DNA from: Amoeboaphelidium occidentale
Lineage: Eukaryota
Length of the DNA: 22,067 nt
Assembly (NCBI GenBank): GCA_023515795.1
Contig: JALGPX010000037.1
Coordinates: 62,001-84,067, forward strand
Direction of reading: 5' to 3'
Of the stretch, positions 10,306-20,800 are shown one piece after another. Each line of letters starts with the position of its first letter. The first letter of the stretch is position 1. The translations under genes and the position numbers were made by a program. The notes under the pieces were generated by a model. That model made no database searches, had not been told where the DNA came from, and was given only the letters and a program-made list of their open reading frames with translations.

Positions 10306-11190
10306 TTATTTGTTTCCGAAAACTTCTTCAGGTGTCTTGATTCCATCCTTTGTGAAGAGTGGAGCAGATGCACCAGTGTAAGGATCAGCCCTGTTTTCAA
10401 TCATTCTCTTGCGAGTTGCTTCCTTCCATTCAGGAGTCAATGTTGGAAGGTCCTTCTTTGATCTGAAGTATGCCATTGCACTCGCATAGATCACATATGC
10501 AGCACCAATGATCATTGCAACACGTAGGAACACAGCCATCTTAAACGAATTATCAGCCTCTGGAACAGGACCCCATGCCAAATAATACGCTACACAAGAA
10601 CGAGAGCATCAGCATCATAAAACACTTTCTCAATTAGACTTACCAGCCTTCTTTTCATCCAAAGTCATATTGTTCCAGTCTGCCTTCTGCAAATGTTCAT
10701 TCTTTGCCAATAATTGGTCCCACAATTTGAAGTCAGTCTCAGGGTTGACAGAGTAGACGGCAGCCAAATTGACTACAGAAAAAGTCATCAGCTAAACACA
10801 CACACACTAAAGGCACACGGAACTTACCAGCCTTCTTCTCAGCATCACTTAAACTTGAATAATCGCTCTTGACAAGGCCTTCCAATTCACGCAAATACTC
10901 TTCCTTCTGCTCTGGTTTGTAGTAATTCCAGTTGATATCCAACGAAAGGTATTGAGCTACACAAGGAAACAGAAGAGGCATTAATAAATGTGCTCCAGAA
11001 TAGCAACAGACTCACCATGGTTTCTCTTCAATTGGTCCAGACGAGTGCCAATTGAGGATGCAGTGACTGCAGGAATGCGCTTTTGCAGAGCTTCCGCAAG
11101 ACTTTCGGTTGATTTTGGGTGGGCAACGTGGCCATGAGCTGCTCTTCTTAAAGCGCTGGTGTAAATTGATCTGCTCAAGTGACGTAACAT
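10306..11190 (-). CDS. COX5: Cytochrome c oxidase subunit IV (fungal Cox5, metazoan COX4); exon 1 11190-11016, alternative exons 2A 10956-10828 and 2B 10772-10644, exon 3 10589-10306; 195 aa with one middle exon
   Basis: Arg/Ser-rich mitochondrial presequence MLRHLSRSIYTSALRRA. Splicing gives the COX4-family motif K.DW..[LM]T..EKKAAYYLAWGP, then one TM helix and PTLTPEWKEAT...E.RADPYTG. Confidence 0.9.
10796..10807 (-). repeat. (GT)6 dinucleotide tract in the intron between COX exons 2A and 2B
   Basis: Plus strand reads acacacacacac; the pre-mRNA would carry GUGUGUGUGUGU. Confidence 0.8.
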
Positions 11191-11655
11191 GTTTTTGAAG
11201 ACTGAATTAATGAGGAAAGTACAAAAGTGAAGAGTACTTCTTAGTTCAACCGCTGCTGGCGAGATGGAAAAGATTCACGATTGAAGTTCAGCCGAGCGAA
11301 GAGTTGTTGGAGGAGCGGTCAGGATTTCTTCGATCGTTGCGAGTTTAAAAAATAATCAAGCTGCTTCCATATCAGGCCTATGAGTTAGTGATTTCACAAC
11401 TTGGAGATAGTTTCAAGGTAAAAGCTGCTAGAAGGATATTAAACAATTACAACGTTCGCGCACAAATAAACAAGTCAGTTATCATTATAGGAAATTGCAC
11501 AATGAACTTTAAACTTTTGTAATTCTTAGCGCTGCGCTTGAGCTCGAAAAGCACCGCGCGTCGTAACTGAACCCGCTCGATCGGCTTTTCCAACTTTCGA
11601 AGTATCCAAATTCTTTGAATTCTTCCATTTTGTCGCATAGAAACGCAACTCCGAA

Positions 11656-13583
11656 ATGTTTAAATTTGGGACTCTTAACTTGGAGGATTTGTCTGAGCTA
11701 AATATTACGGAAGATTCTTTTAAAGTAATTGCTGGTTCTCTTAGAGGCACTCATTCATATTGTTCTAGAGCTATCAGAGTGCATTGCAGGATAGGCGGTT
11801 AAATAATGGAAAGCTTCTTATAATCGGAGAGTATGTTCAGGAGGAGGAGCAGGAGGAGGAAGTAGCAGTTTTAGAAGAGGCGCATAACGAAAGGGCTGAA
11901 GATCTTGCGCGCGCAGCAGAGCATTCTAACGACACAGATAGCGCTAAGCCAGCGTCTTCATGGGCGTCACTCTTCAGGCAAGCTAATGCCGCACAGAAGA
12001 AAGAATCATCTGCATCTACAATATCCACAACGGTGCGTTCATCAACCGGACGCCAAAGTTTCATCTCGTCAAGCCAGCGGAGGAATAGCAAGAGTGGAAA
12101 GATACCTTCAGCTATAAACACTAGCTCAGACTCTACATCAAACGCTCAGCCATCAAAGCCTCAGTTCATAAACAAGCTCACACGGTTAGAGGGTAATTAA
12201 CGCTGTCGTTTTAAAGCTTATCTACAGACTTTGTAACGAATTTCAATCCAAGCTTCGACAGCAAACTGGTTGTACCACGAGGATTAGTTAATAGGGGGAA
12301 TATGTGTTTTATGAATTCGGTACGTATCTTATTGCCTTGTCTTATTTATTTCAAGATTATACAACCGCTTTTGCATTGCGTTCCGCTTTACAATTTATTG
12401 ACTACTGTTGGCGATTTAATACCTCACGATCTCTCGAAAGGCAAGAAAGGGCATACTCTTCTGGATTCCATGTAATCATGTTTTCAGTATTGTTTAATTT
12501 GTTAGAATAACCCTATTCAAGGAATTTAAACTTGACGACGAGCATGAGTTTCAGACTTCCTTTCAAGGTTCCGAAGCCCTTTCACCTGATATCATTTACG
12601 AATCGCTACATTTTGAAGGTGCTGATGGCGCTGGGGAGTCAGGTAGTCGTGGCTCATTATTTCGGCGAGGCAGACAAGAGGATGCTGAAGAATTTTTTGG
12701 ATTTTTACTTGATGCGTTGCATGAAGAGTTCACAGCACCAATAATCAAACAGAATCAGCAACCAAAGTTTCAGTTTGAGTCTTCGGAAAGCCTTGGTTCA
12801 ATCGAGAGCTCTATTTCACCGTCTAGCCCAATGAGTCCAAACACCTACATGACAGCGCCATCTCGAACATCTACGACAGATGAAAATGCTGCTCTAGGTC
12901 AACAGATTGCGACTTTGCAGTTGCAAGAGCTTCAGGATAATGGCGGCGAGTGGTTTGAAGTTGGCCCAAAGAACAAAACAATGGCTGTTAGCAGGACATT
13001 TGTATCTCAAGAATCACCAATAACGAAAATATTCGGCGGATGCATTCGAAATGTGATAAAACGATCGAAAGAGAAGGATAGTGTTATGATAGAGCCATTT
13101 CATTCTTTACCGTTAGATATATCTCCAAAGGACGTTACAAATATTTCTGATGCGATTCACAATCTTGCAAAGACGGAAACCTTAGAAGCTGGTGCTACTA
13201 AACAGACGCTGATAGACAAATTACCGCCGATTCTTGTGCTGCATTTAAAACGCTTTATGTTTCAAAACGGAAAGACAGTTAAACTACAGAAAACGATTGA
13301 AGTAGAAAACAAACTACAAATTCCTCTGGAGGCACTTTCAAGTACTCTTAAATCATCACTAAGTACTAAAGACTCAGGAATACGGTACAAACTTTTCGCT
13401 GTTGTTTATCATCATGGAAAAAGTGCCCTGGATGGTCACTATACTTGCGACGTATTGCGGCAAAACGGAGAATGGTTGCATTTTGACGATACAGTTGTGA
13501 CAAGTCTTGGGGATCGAAAAAACGGAACGTTTAATCGCTCTCTAGACCAAACGGAATATTTACTGTTTTATCAAAAACTTTAA
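11656..13583 (+). CDS. UBP3: Ubiquitin-specific protease Ubp3/USP10-like, ~592 aa; exons 11656-11724, 11769-12192, 12228-12319, 12356-12471, 12506-13583
   Basis: Cys box PRGLVNRGNMCFMNS, GRQEDAEEF, WFEVGPKNK, SPITKIFGG and His box VYHHGKSALDGHYT..WLHFDD. Also the SWASLF motif and an N-terminal FKFGTL resembling the USP10 FGDF G3BP-binding motif. The first exon is inferred. Confidence 0.92.
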
Positions 13584-13604
13584 TCTAAGAATAGAATTGG
13601 AGCA

Positions 13605-15715
13605 TCATGAACTTTTTGGCCTTGCTGTCACTATTGGATAAACACAACTGAAATTATTGTTGAAGCTCAATTCTACGCCTCGTTTTTGAAACTCCTCTCG
13701 TTTCGCCAACACAACTTTGACAGACATTGCGTTACCAAATGCAATTTTGTTTAGCGTTTCTAGACCACCGTTTTTCGTTGCCTTAGGAATACACAATTCT
13801 TCAAGGCATGCTCCATTTTTCTGCAATGTAATAAGTTGTGTAATGTATTTTTTAGAGTATTCGAACATTTCTCCTGCAGAACGGTATAGAAAGGTAGCCT
13901 GTAAAGTTAAGATTTCATGCTGTGTTCGATTACCTCCAAATGATCGAGATTCGTGTTTTCTGAGTATGTGGAATAGGATACAGGCTCCGGGCTTGCCAGA
14001 GGTTTGAAATGCCTAAATCGGTGATTAAACTGTTTCTCCTTGCTTTCCTCGGTTATGCTGAGCTTTATGAAACTGTCCTTTTCCAAAGCAGACAACAATC
14101 TATACAGGCCCCTTGCCAAACTCTGGTTTGCGGCAGTCCAAAGAAGTAAAACTTCAATATTTTGCGAAGATTTCTTTGTGCCCGTTGATAAAATCCTTTC
14201 GAGAGTTTGTTGTTGCACAGTGCAAAGATAATCAATATACCACAAGTGATATGCTAGATCATTCTGTCCAATAAGCTCATTTTTGAAATGAAGATTAATA
14301 GTTTCGATCATAAGATTAACTTTAAAGTAATAAACCCAATTTGCAAGGTAGTATGCATCCTTAGTTCCTAAACTAGGTTCTACAGCTCTGTCCAGCTGCT
14401 CAGCATCGTGCTGCAAGTAATCCCACTGCATCAGCGATTTCAATAATTTTCTGAGCCTTCTACCCTCATTGTACATCAGAATCCTTGTTAAAAACTGAAA
14501 ACACTGCACCAAAGATGAAACAAAAGGGCTTAGTCGTTCCGACACAGACTCTTTCTTAAAATAAGGACATCCAGTAAAAGTTGTAATTGATTGCTCCATT
14601 AATACATCTAATTTTACTTGTGAAAGTAGAAAAACTGCCGATGACCTTGATAATATTCCAGGATCGCTTGCATAAAACAGTTGAATCTTGGCAAGAAGAC
14701 TAAGTACTGAACGAGCATCAGAAAATCCAGTAGCCTCATTTAAACTATCAATAAATTGAATAAATAAATCGCCAGTTTCTTTTAATGTGAGTTGGGGAGT
14801 CGGTTGAATTGGAATTGATGCGCTGAGCTTTTTCGAAATCTGAAAATCCACTCCGTAAACATTCTCAACCACAAGCTCGCTCTTTCGATTACAAATCATA
14901 TTAATCACATTCTTTGTTTCATCTAGAGTATCCATATTAAATTTCACTTGTCTAATATCTTTCAGAATTCTTATCAAGTACAGCATAAATTGAAACATTT
15001 CTCTTATATTCTGCGCGCGCTTTGTATCGTCTGTTTCTTGGTCCAGCTTGCGCGAAATCGCATCCCACTTTAGCTCGCATGCATTTTCATCCATGCCTAC
15101 AATTAAACCGAACATGTTCATTATCAAATCTTCTTCAAAGTTCACCACAGCATCTTGGACCAACTGTGAGCATAAAAGCACCAAAGTCCAAACAAGCTCA
15201 ACAGCGAAACGTATTAAATCATCTTGAATTTCATAAGGCTTCAAATGCATAAACGCGGACATGAACAGCGTCTGAGCCAGAGTCTTGCCTTTCAGCCACG
15301 TACCCTAATAACATCATTAACAAGGAATGCTTTTAAATTGAACATACGAGCATGATTAATAAAGCCAATACAATATCTTCCACTTCTTCTAATGATTTAA
15401 TGCGATAATAAGCAATATCAGTCATGTTGAAGCGTGGTGGCTTGGGGCTGACCATCCCAGAATCCATTTTAGGGTGCATGATCTTGAATGTCAGCATTGA
15501 TAACACGAGCAATATACCTCAATGGCGGCCATGGACTCGTACAAAGAAAACGATGAACTACAAACCATCTGCCCATCTTCCATTTTATTTACAGCTTCCT
15601 TCAAAAGCTCTGTGATATCCAACCAGTTGTCAGAGACGCTCAAATTTCTAACCAAACGCTCGGCTTCCTCCATCAATGCGCTAAAATTGTAGACTGATCA
15701 GCTCCAGTACTCCAT
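13605..15715 (-). CDS. MAK10: NatC auxiliary subunit Mak10/NAA35, ~655 aa; introns 15517-15483, 15347-15305, 13933-13899 and a tentative 30-nt intron 15710-15681 (otherwise start at ATG 15673)
   Basis: WLDITELL, FSLYESMAAIEIMHPKMDSG, WLKGKTLAQTLF, YNEGRRLRKL, YHLWYIDYL and FNHRFRHF match the Mak10 family pattern. Confidence 0.9.
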
Positions 15716-15875
15716 TAATCGGAGCGTTAGAATAATGTATCGAAAACCTAAGCTGACTGTAAGTGTTTGAATGCCTCTGACAGTCGAACCATAGCGCAAC
15801 AAGGGCATGAGGTATCAGACAAGCACACCCATTTAACTATGTTTTGTTACATATAATACGCTGTTATCAGTCACT

Positions 15876-15968
15876 GGTGCAGTTTCTGTGATGATCTGGA
15901 CTGTAACCACGCGGAGCCTTTGCTGTCACATTTCGCTCGATCACAGTCTGATTCCGCTTTTCTGCACT
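15876..15968 (+). ncRNA. Possible box C/D snoRNA or structured 5'UTR element
   Basis: GTGATGA at 15888-15894 and CTGA at 15948-15951, with flanking complementarity GGTGCAG/CTGCACT. No guide target recognised. Confidence 0.2.
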
Positions 15969-15973
15969 TTCAA

Positions 15974-17683
15974 ATGTTGCGAGGTTCAGATTACGACAAC
16001 GGCTACAGCGAAAAAAGGCCTCGTTCTCCTTCACCGGAAGACGGTGCCTACGACAGTAAGCGCCAATACAATAACGAAAGAGGTATTTCTGTCGAACACA
16101 TTAAACTGACTTTAGGCGAAGGCTCGCAAGAACAAGAACAAATCACAATTCCTTCAAAATTTGCTGGTTTAGTCATTGGCAGAGGTGGAGACACTCTCAA
16201 GACCATCCAGAACAGCACCGGAACGCGAATTTCTGTTGAAGAATCGGAGAATCCAGACGAGCGCAAAGTTACATTCACTGGCTCAAGGGTTGGTATCGAA
16301 GAGGCAATTAATCAGGTCATGAACATGACAAAGGAATTAGACGACAGGGATGAAGAGCGCTTGAAAGTGCCCTCAAGATATGTTGGGCTCATCGTTGGTA
16401 TGAAAGCATCTACTCTTAAGGAAATTCAAATGAAAACAGGCGCAAAGCTGCGTGTTCCTCCTGTCCATGAGTTGCCCGAAGATGAAAGAGACAGCGAAGA
16501 AAGGACAATTTATTTGAGTGGCTCCGAAGAATGCAAACAGCGAGCCAAAGATAAGATTAATCAGATTATTGAGAGCGCTGGAACTGCTCGCAGAGATCGT
16601 TCTGATCGTGGTCCCGGTGGTCGTGGTGACTACGACAGACCTCCAAGAGATCTTGACTACGAACGCAATGACAGACAGCACGACAGAAGGGCACCCCCGG
16701 CTGAGGATGATTATTATCCGCCACCTCCACCGGCTGCTCCATCCGGAGGAAGGCGCGAAGATGGTCATGGAAGATTTCAAAGAGTTACTGTTGAAACGCC
16801 GAAAGATTATGCTAAAGTTATAATTGGTAGAGGAGGTGAAAACATTACGTATCTTAAGAATACTGCTTCAGTTAAAATTTTTGTCGAGCAAAAGGAGGAG
16901 GAATCTGTTGCTCAAGTGCATATTAGTGGAGACCCTGACTCGATTATACATGCTCAGAGATTGATGAATTCTTTGCTGGAAAGAAATGGACTTCGCCCTG
17001 TTGATATGGTGCCTGTTCCTGGCGCAGATAATGCTGCTCCAAGGAATGACTACAGTCGTCCAAGTTCTGGTAGGGATATTCAAAGTACTAGATCTTATGC
17101 TCCGCAGTTTGATCGCCCTCCACCAAGAGACTATGATTATAATTATAATGTTCCTCCACGTGCAGCTGTTCCTGAACGTGATCCTTATGCTGCTTATGAT
17201 CCTTATGCCGCTCCACCTCCAAGACCAAGAGATTACGACAGAGGATATATTCCAGATGGTAGAGATTATCGTCAAGAAAAGCCTGCACCTTATGTTGATG
17301 ATTATTATGGTAAACCTCCACCAGCTAGATCAGATTATGGATCAGAACCTAGATCTGACCGTAGACCTCCTAGTCAGGGAATTCCAGGTGATTATTATAG
17401 GCCAAATGATCAAAGACCAAGAGCAGGAAGTGATGTTCGTGATGATCCTTATAGAGCTCCTCCTCCTCCGCATTCAGGATATGATTACCCACCACCACGT
17501 CGTGAAGCAGCTGATTACGGAAGACCAAGAGATGCTTATGCCCCAGCCCCAAGACATCCAGGAAATGACTATCCTAGAGGAAGAGATGACTATGCACCTT
17601 CAGCACCGCCGAATAGAAGACCTCCTCCAAGAGGTCCGAGGGATGAATTTAATTCAACAAGAAGACCATTGAAAGATAATTAA
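15974..17683 (+). CDS. KH-domain RNA-binding protein (FUBP/KHSRP-like), 3 KH domains plus a Pro/Arg/Asp/Tyr low-complexity tail, ~569 aa; true 5' end uncertain
   Basis: KH1 IPSKFAGLVIGRGGDTLK, KH2 VPSRYVGLIVGMKASTLK, KH3 VIIGRGGENI. The C-terminal ~220 aa is rich in DY/RDY/PPP repeats. Confidence 0.85.
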   Translation: MLRGSDYDNGYSEKRPRSPSPEDGAYDSKRQYNNERGISVEHIKLTLGEGSQEQEQITIPSKFAGLVIGRGGDTLKTIQNSTGTRISVEESENPDERKVTFTGSRVGIEEAINQVMNMTKELDDRDEERLKVPSRYVGLIVGMKASTLKEIQMKTGAKLRVPPVHELPEDERDSEERTIYLSGSEECKQRAKDKINQIIESAGTARRDRSDRGPGGRGDYDRPPRDLDYERNDRQHDRRAPPAEDDYYPPPPPAAPSGGRREDGHGRFQRVTVETPKDYAKVIIGRGGENITYLKNTASVKIFVEQKEEESVAQVHISGDPDSIIHAQRLMNSLLERNGLRPVDMVPVPGADNAAPRNDYSRPSSGRDIQSTRSYAPQFDRPPPRDYDYNYNVPPRAAVPERDPYAAYDPYAAPPPRPRDYDRGYIPDGRDYRQEKPAPYVDDYYGKPPPARSDYGSEPRSDRRPPSQGIPGDYYRPNDQRPRAGSDVRDDPYRAPPPPHSGYDYPPPRREAADYGRPRDAYAPAPRHPGNDYPRGRDDYAPSAPPNRRPPPRGPRDEFNSTRRPLKDN

Positions 17684-17899
17684 TGATTAATCATGAGAGG
17701 CGGATAATAAAATAATCGAGAATGAAAGTTTAATACGGAAAGAAAATTAAGTATTCTGACGTTCTACGGAATTTTTGATTGTACTATTTAGAGTCTTACC
17801 AGTTGTACATGCTATTAACTCTTTCACATGAACAAATGAGTTATACCATGATATTAAAATTCTATTTGTAAAGCTACGGCCACAAAACTATAATTTCGA

Positions 17900-20800
17900 T
17901 CAAATCCAAGGAACTCTTCTTGCGAATACCTCGAATAGAACACAGGAGAACGAATAGATGTCGTACATTTTGAAATCAACGCTGGAGTACTTTTTAGATC
18001 TAAAGTTTCTAAAAGCCTCGGGTGCTGCATATTTCACAGAAAGTCCCCTCAAATTCACAACTTGAAATGACTTTGTTGCAACAATCGTTTCAGAAATAAT
18101 CTGCGTAATCCCAAAATCTGTCAAGAAACAATTTGGCACACCATTATCATTCTTAACAAGTACATTCTGCGGTTTAAGGTCACAGTGAGCCAAATAATGA
18201 GAGTGCATTAAATTGATGGCGCTTGAAATCTCCTTCATGATCTTGATGGAGACTCTTGTTGAATATCGATTTTTGTAAATCCAGTCAGATAAGGAACCAT
18301 CAGGATAATACTGCAAAATCAATGACGGCGGATTCTCTGTATAACCGATAATTTTGCAGAAATTTGGAAAAGTGGACAGCATGATCATAATCCCGACTTC
18401 TTGGAAAAATGCTGTCTCCGCGGAATTGTTTGTAATAATCACTAGCTTTTGAATGACAATCTCTCCGTGTTTTCTACGAAGCGCTGGATCCATAAACTTT
18501 GCTAGAAATATCTCGCCTCCACCGCCAGCTGCGATGTTCTTTACTCTTGCTAAAGTAGAGTTCTCCAGTAGATATGCAGCATGCTTCGATATTCCCATTA
18601 CAGAATTAATCACAGTGTTTAGGTCGGTATTTTCATACTTGGTCTCTAACGATAGACCAGTAGAGTTTACAGGAACCTGAACCTTGCTTTTCTTCTTCTT
18701 AAGATAGAAGAATGCTACTACGCCGATGATTACAGTGGCTGCTACAACAGAAATTATCACATATGCCGATGTAACAGGACTAAGTGTTCCAAAACCAGAA
18801 GCGACAGCGCTTTTAATTACTTTCGTCTTTCGCTGAACTGAACTGGTACTCAGTGAAGAGCTACTTGACGCTGTATTCTGATCCTGCGGAAGCAAAGGCT
18901 TGTACATAAAAACAGAAAAGTCCTCGCTGCCAGTGAACACGGAGCCATTGTAACACAGTACTGNNNNNNNNNNNNNNNNNNNNNTACTTGACGCTGTATT
19001 CTGATCCTGGGGAAGCAAAGGCTTGTACATAAAAACAGAAAAGTCCTCGCTGCCAGTGAACACGGAGCCATTGTAACACAGTACTGATGTAAGCGGTTTT
19101 GAATGACCAAAATAAACGCCTTCATGTCTGCCGGTGGCAATGTTCCATCGTCTGCAAGTAAGATCTGAGCCAGCGGAAAACAAAGTTCCAAAACACAAGG
19201 ATAAATAATTCACAGGGCCTAAATGACCTAGAGAAGCTGCTGAATATCGTTTCATGCTTCGTATGACTTGTTTTTGGGCCAAAGACCATTGGATGATACT
19301 GTTATCCTGAGAAGCAGAAAACAGAAAGTCATTACTAGCAAGTAGATATTTGATTTGAAAAGTGTGCTGCTTCAATTCAAAGGATAAATTAAAAGTTTCA
19401 ATATCCCAAGCAATTATTACTCCCGACCTGGATCCTCCAATAATAAAATTCCCGCTTATTGTTACGCAAGTCATTGGCGCGGAGGCGGTGAAGGACTTAA
19501 GAGAGGCCAGGGGATTATTCAGCGAAGTCAAAATAATCTCTTGGTCTCCTTTAATCGCAGCTAAATACATTTCTGTAATAGAAAGACTATGAAATGGAAC
19601 TTGAGCGTTCTTGATGAGAACTTGAGCATCCACACTATCATATGGATCAAACCTGCTGATGATGCCATCGCCACCAGAAGAATAGAGGAAATCATTGTGA
19701 CTGACCATTGTAGTTACTGCATCGCTGTGAAACCAAAGGCTACTAGATATTATTGTATCCTCAATTCTAAAGCAGTTGATCTTGCCTATCACCATTCCAA
19801 CACAAAGTAGGTCTCTGATCGCCACAATTGATGATACAGATTCATTTCTGTACTCAAAAGAGAATGAAATCTTCCGCGATGCCATATTCCAACGTTTAAC
19901 AGAACCGTCTGCGCTAGCAGAATACAGTATGCGGCTGTCATCAAAACAGATAGCATAAACCGCTTCTTGATGGCCAATATAAGTTTCCAGAGCAAGCAAA
20001 GTTGCGTAATCACGTGCTTTAATTGAACTGTCTAGTTGTCCAGAGAAAATAAGAAGCCCATTGTATGCCAAACAGTTTACGCTAGTCGTGTCTAAATTTC
20101 AGGTTAATCAAACGATATGAGCAAACCTGATGCTAAAGCAATAAATTCTCCAGTAATCAGATTATGATTATGTACACCTTGCCCTGACCCACAAAAAAGA
20201 TCATTCTCTATCAACTGAATAGCAAGAATAAAGGTGCCAACTAAAACTTAAAGCATGAATTCAGAAAGTCTTACATGAAATTGTTCTTAAAACTTCAGAG
20301 GTTTCTTTGTTCCATACCTTAATTGACTTGTCAATTGATCCAGTGATCAAAAACGAATCCTTGACGAGAAGAGAACTAATGGTACTCGTATGTCCGAAGA
20401 AGACTTCACTTATTGAGCCTGCAGCTACGTTCCATTTAACAGCAGCTGCGTTGAGCCCTGCTGAATAGAGGAACGGTTTGTCATAAAATAGTGTAGTAAC
20501 AGTGCTGCCCTGCCCTAAAAATTAATTGTTAACAAATCTTCGAAGCCAACCGTCTAGTGTCATCATTAGAGTTAAACTCGTGAGGTTCCATTGAATTATC
20601 AAAGCATCAGAGCCACCTGAAAACAGCAAATCATTATGCACGAATAAGCAATTCACCGCTCCCGTGTGGTCTGATAGAATAGCGAAAGGTAAAGTGCTAT
20701 CTGAGGCTTTATCGAATAAGCGAATTGTCTGATCCTCTCCTGACCCAATTACAACATTCTTCCACATAGCCACAGCCCTCATCTTCTGGGTATTACGAGG

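Noticed and set aside
10813..10993. Possible pairing GCACAU (intron 1) with GUGUGC (intron 2) that would loop out exon 2A
   Set aside because: Only 6 bp including a G-U pair; indistinguishable from chance without covariation data.
11191..11655. Short ORFs and a CACTAAC..TAG branch/acceptor on the minus strand between COX5 and UBP3
   Set aside because: No coherent gene model; most simply a bidirectional promoter/5'UTR region, perhaps with a UTR intron.
13572..13583. Ubp3 ends in QKL, a PTS1-like tripeptide
   Set aside because: It directly follows the conserved terminal YLLFY strand of the USP fold; a weak variant and probably inaccessible.
16986..17672. 228-aa alternative-frame ORF overlapping the KH tail
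   Set aside because: By-product of repeated GAT/TAT/CCT codons in the low-complexity region; the Met/Ile/Leu-rich translation has no recognisable domain.
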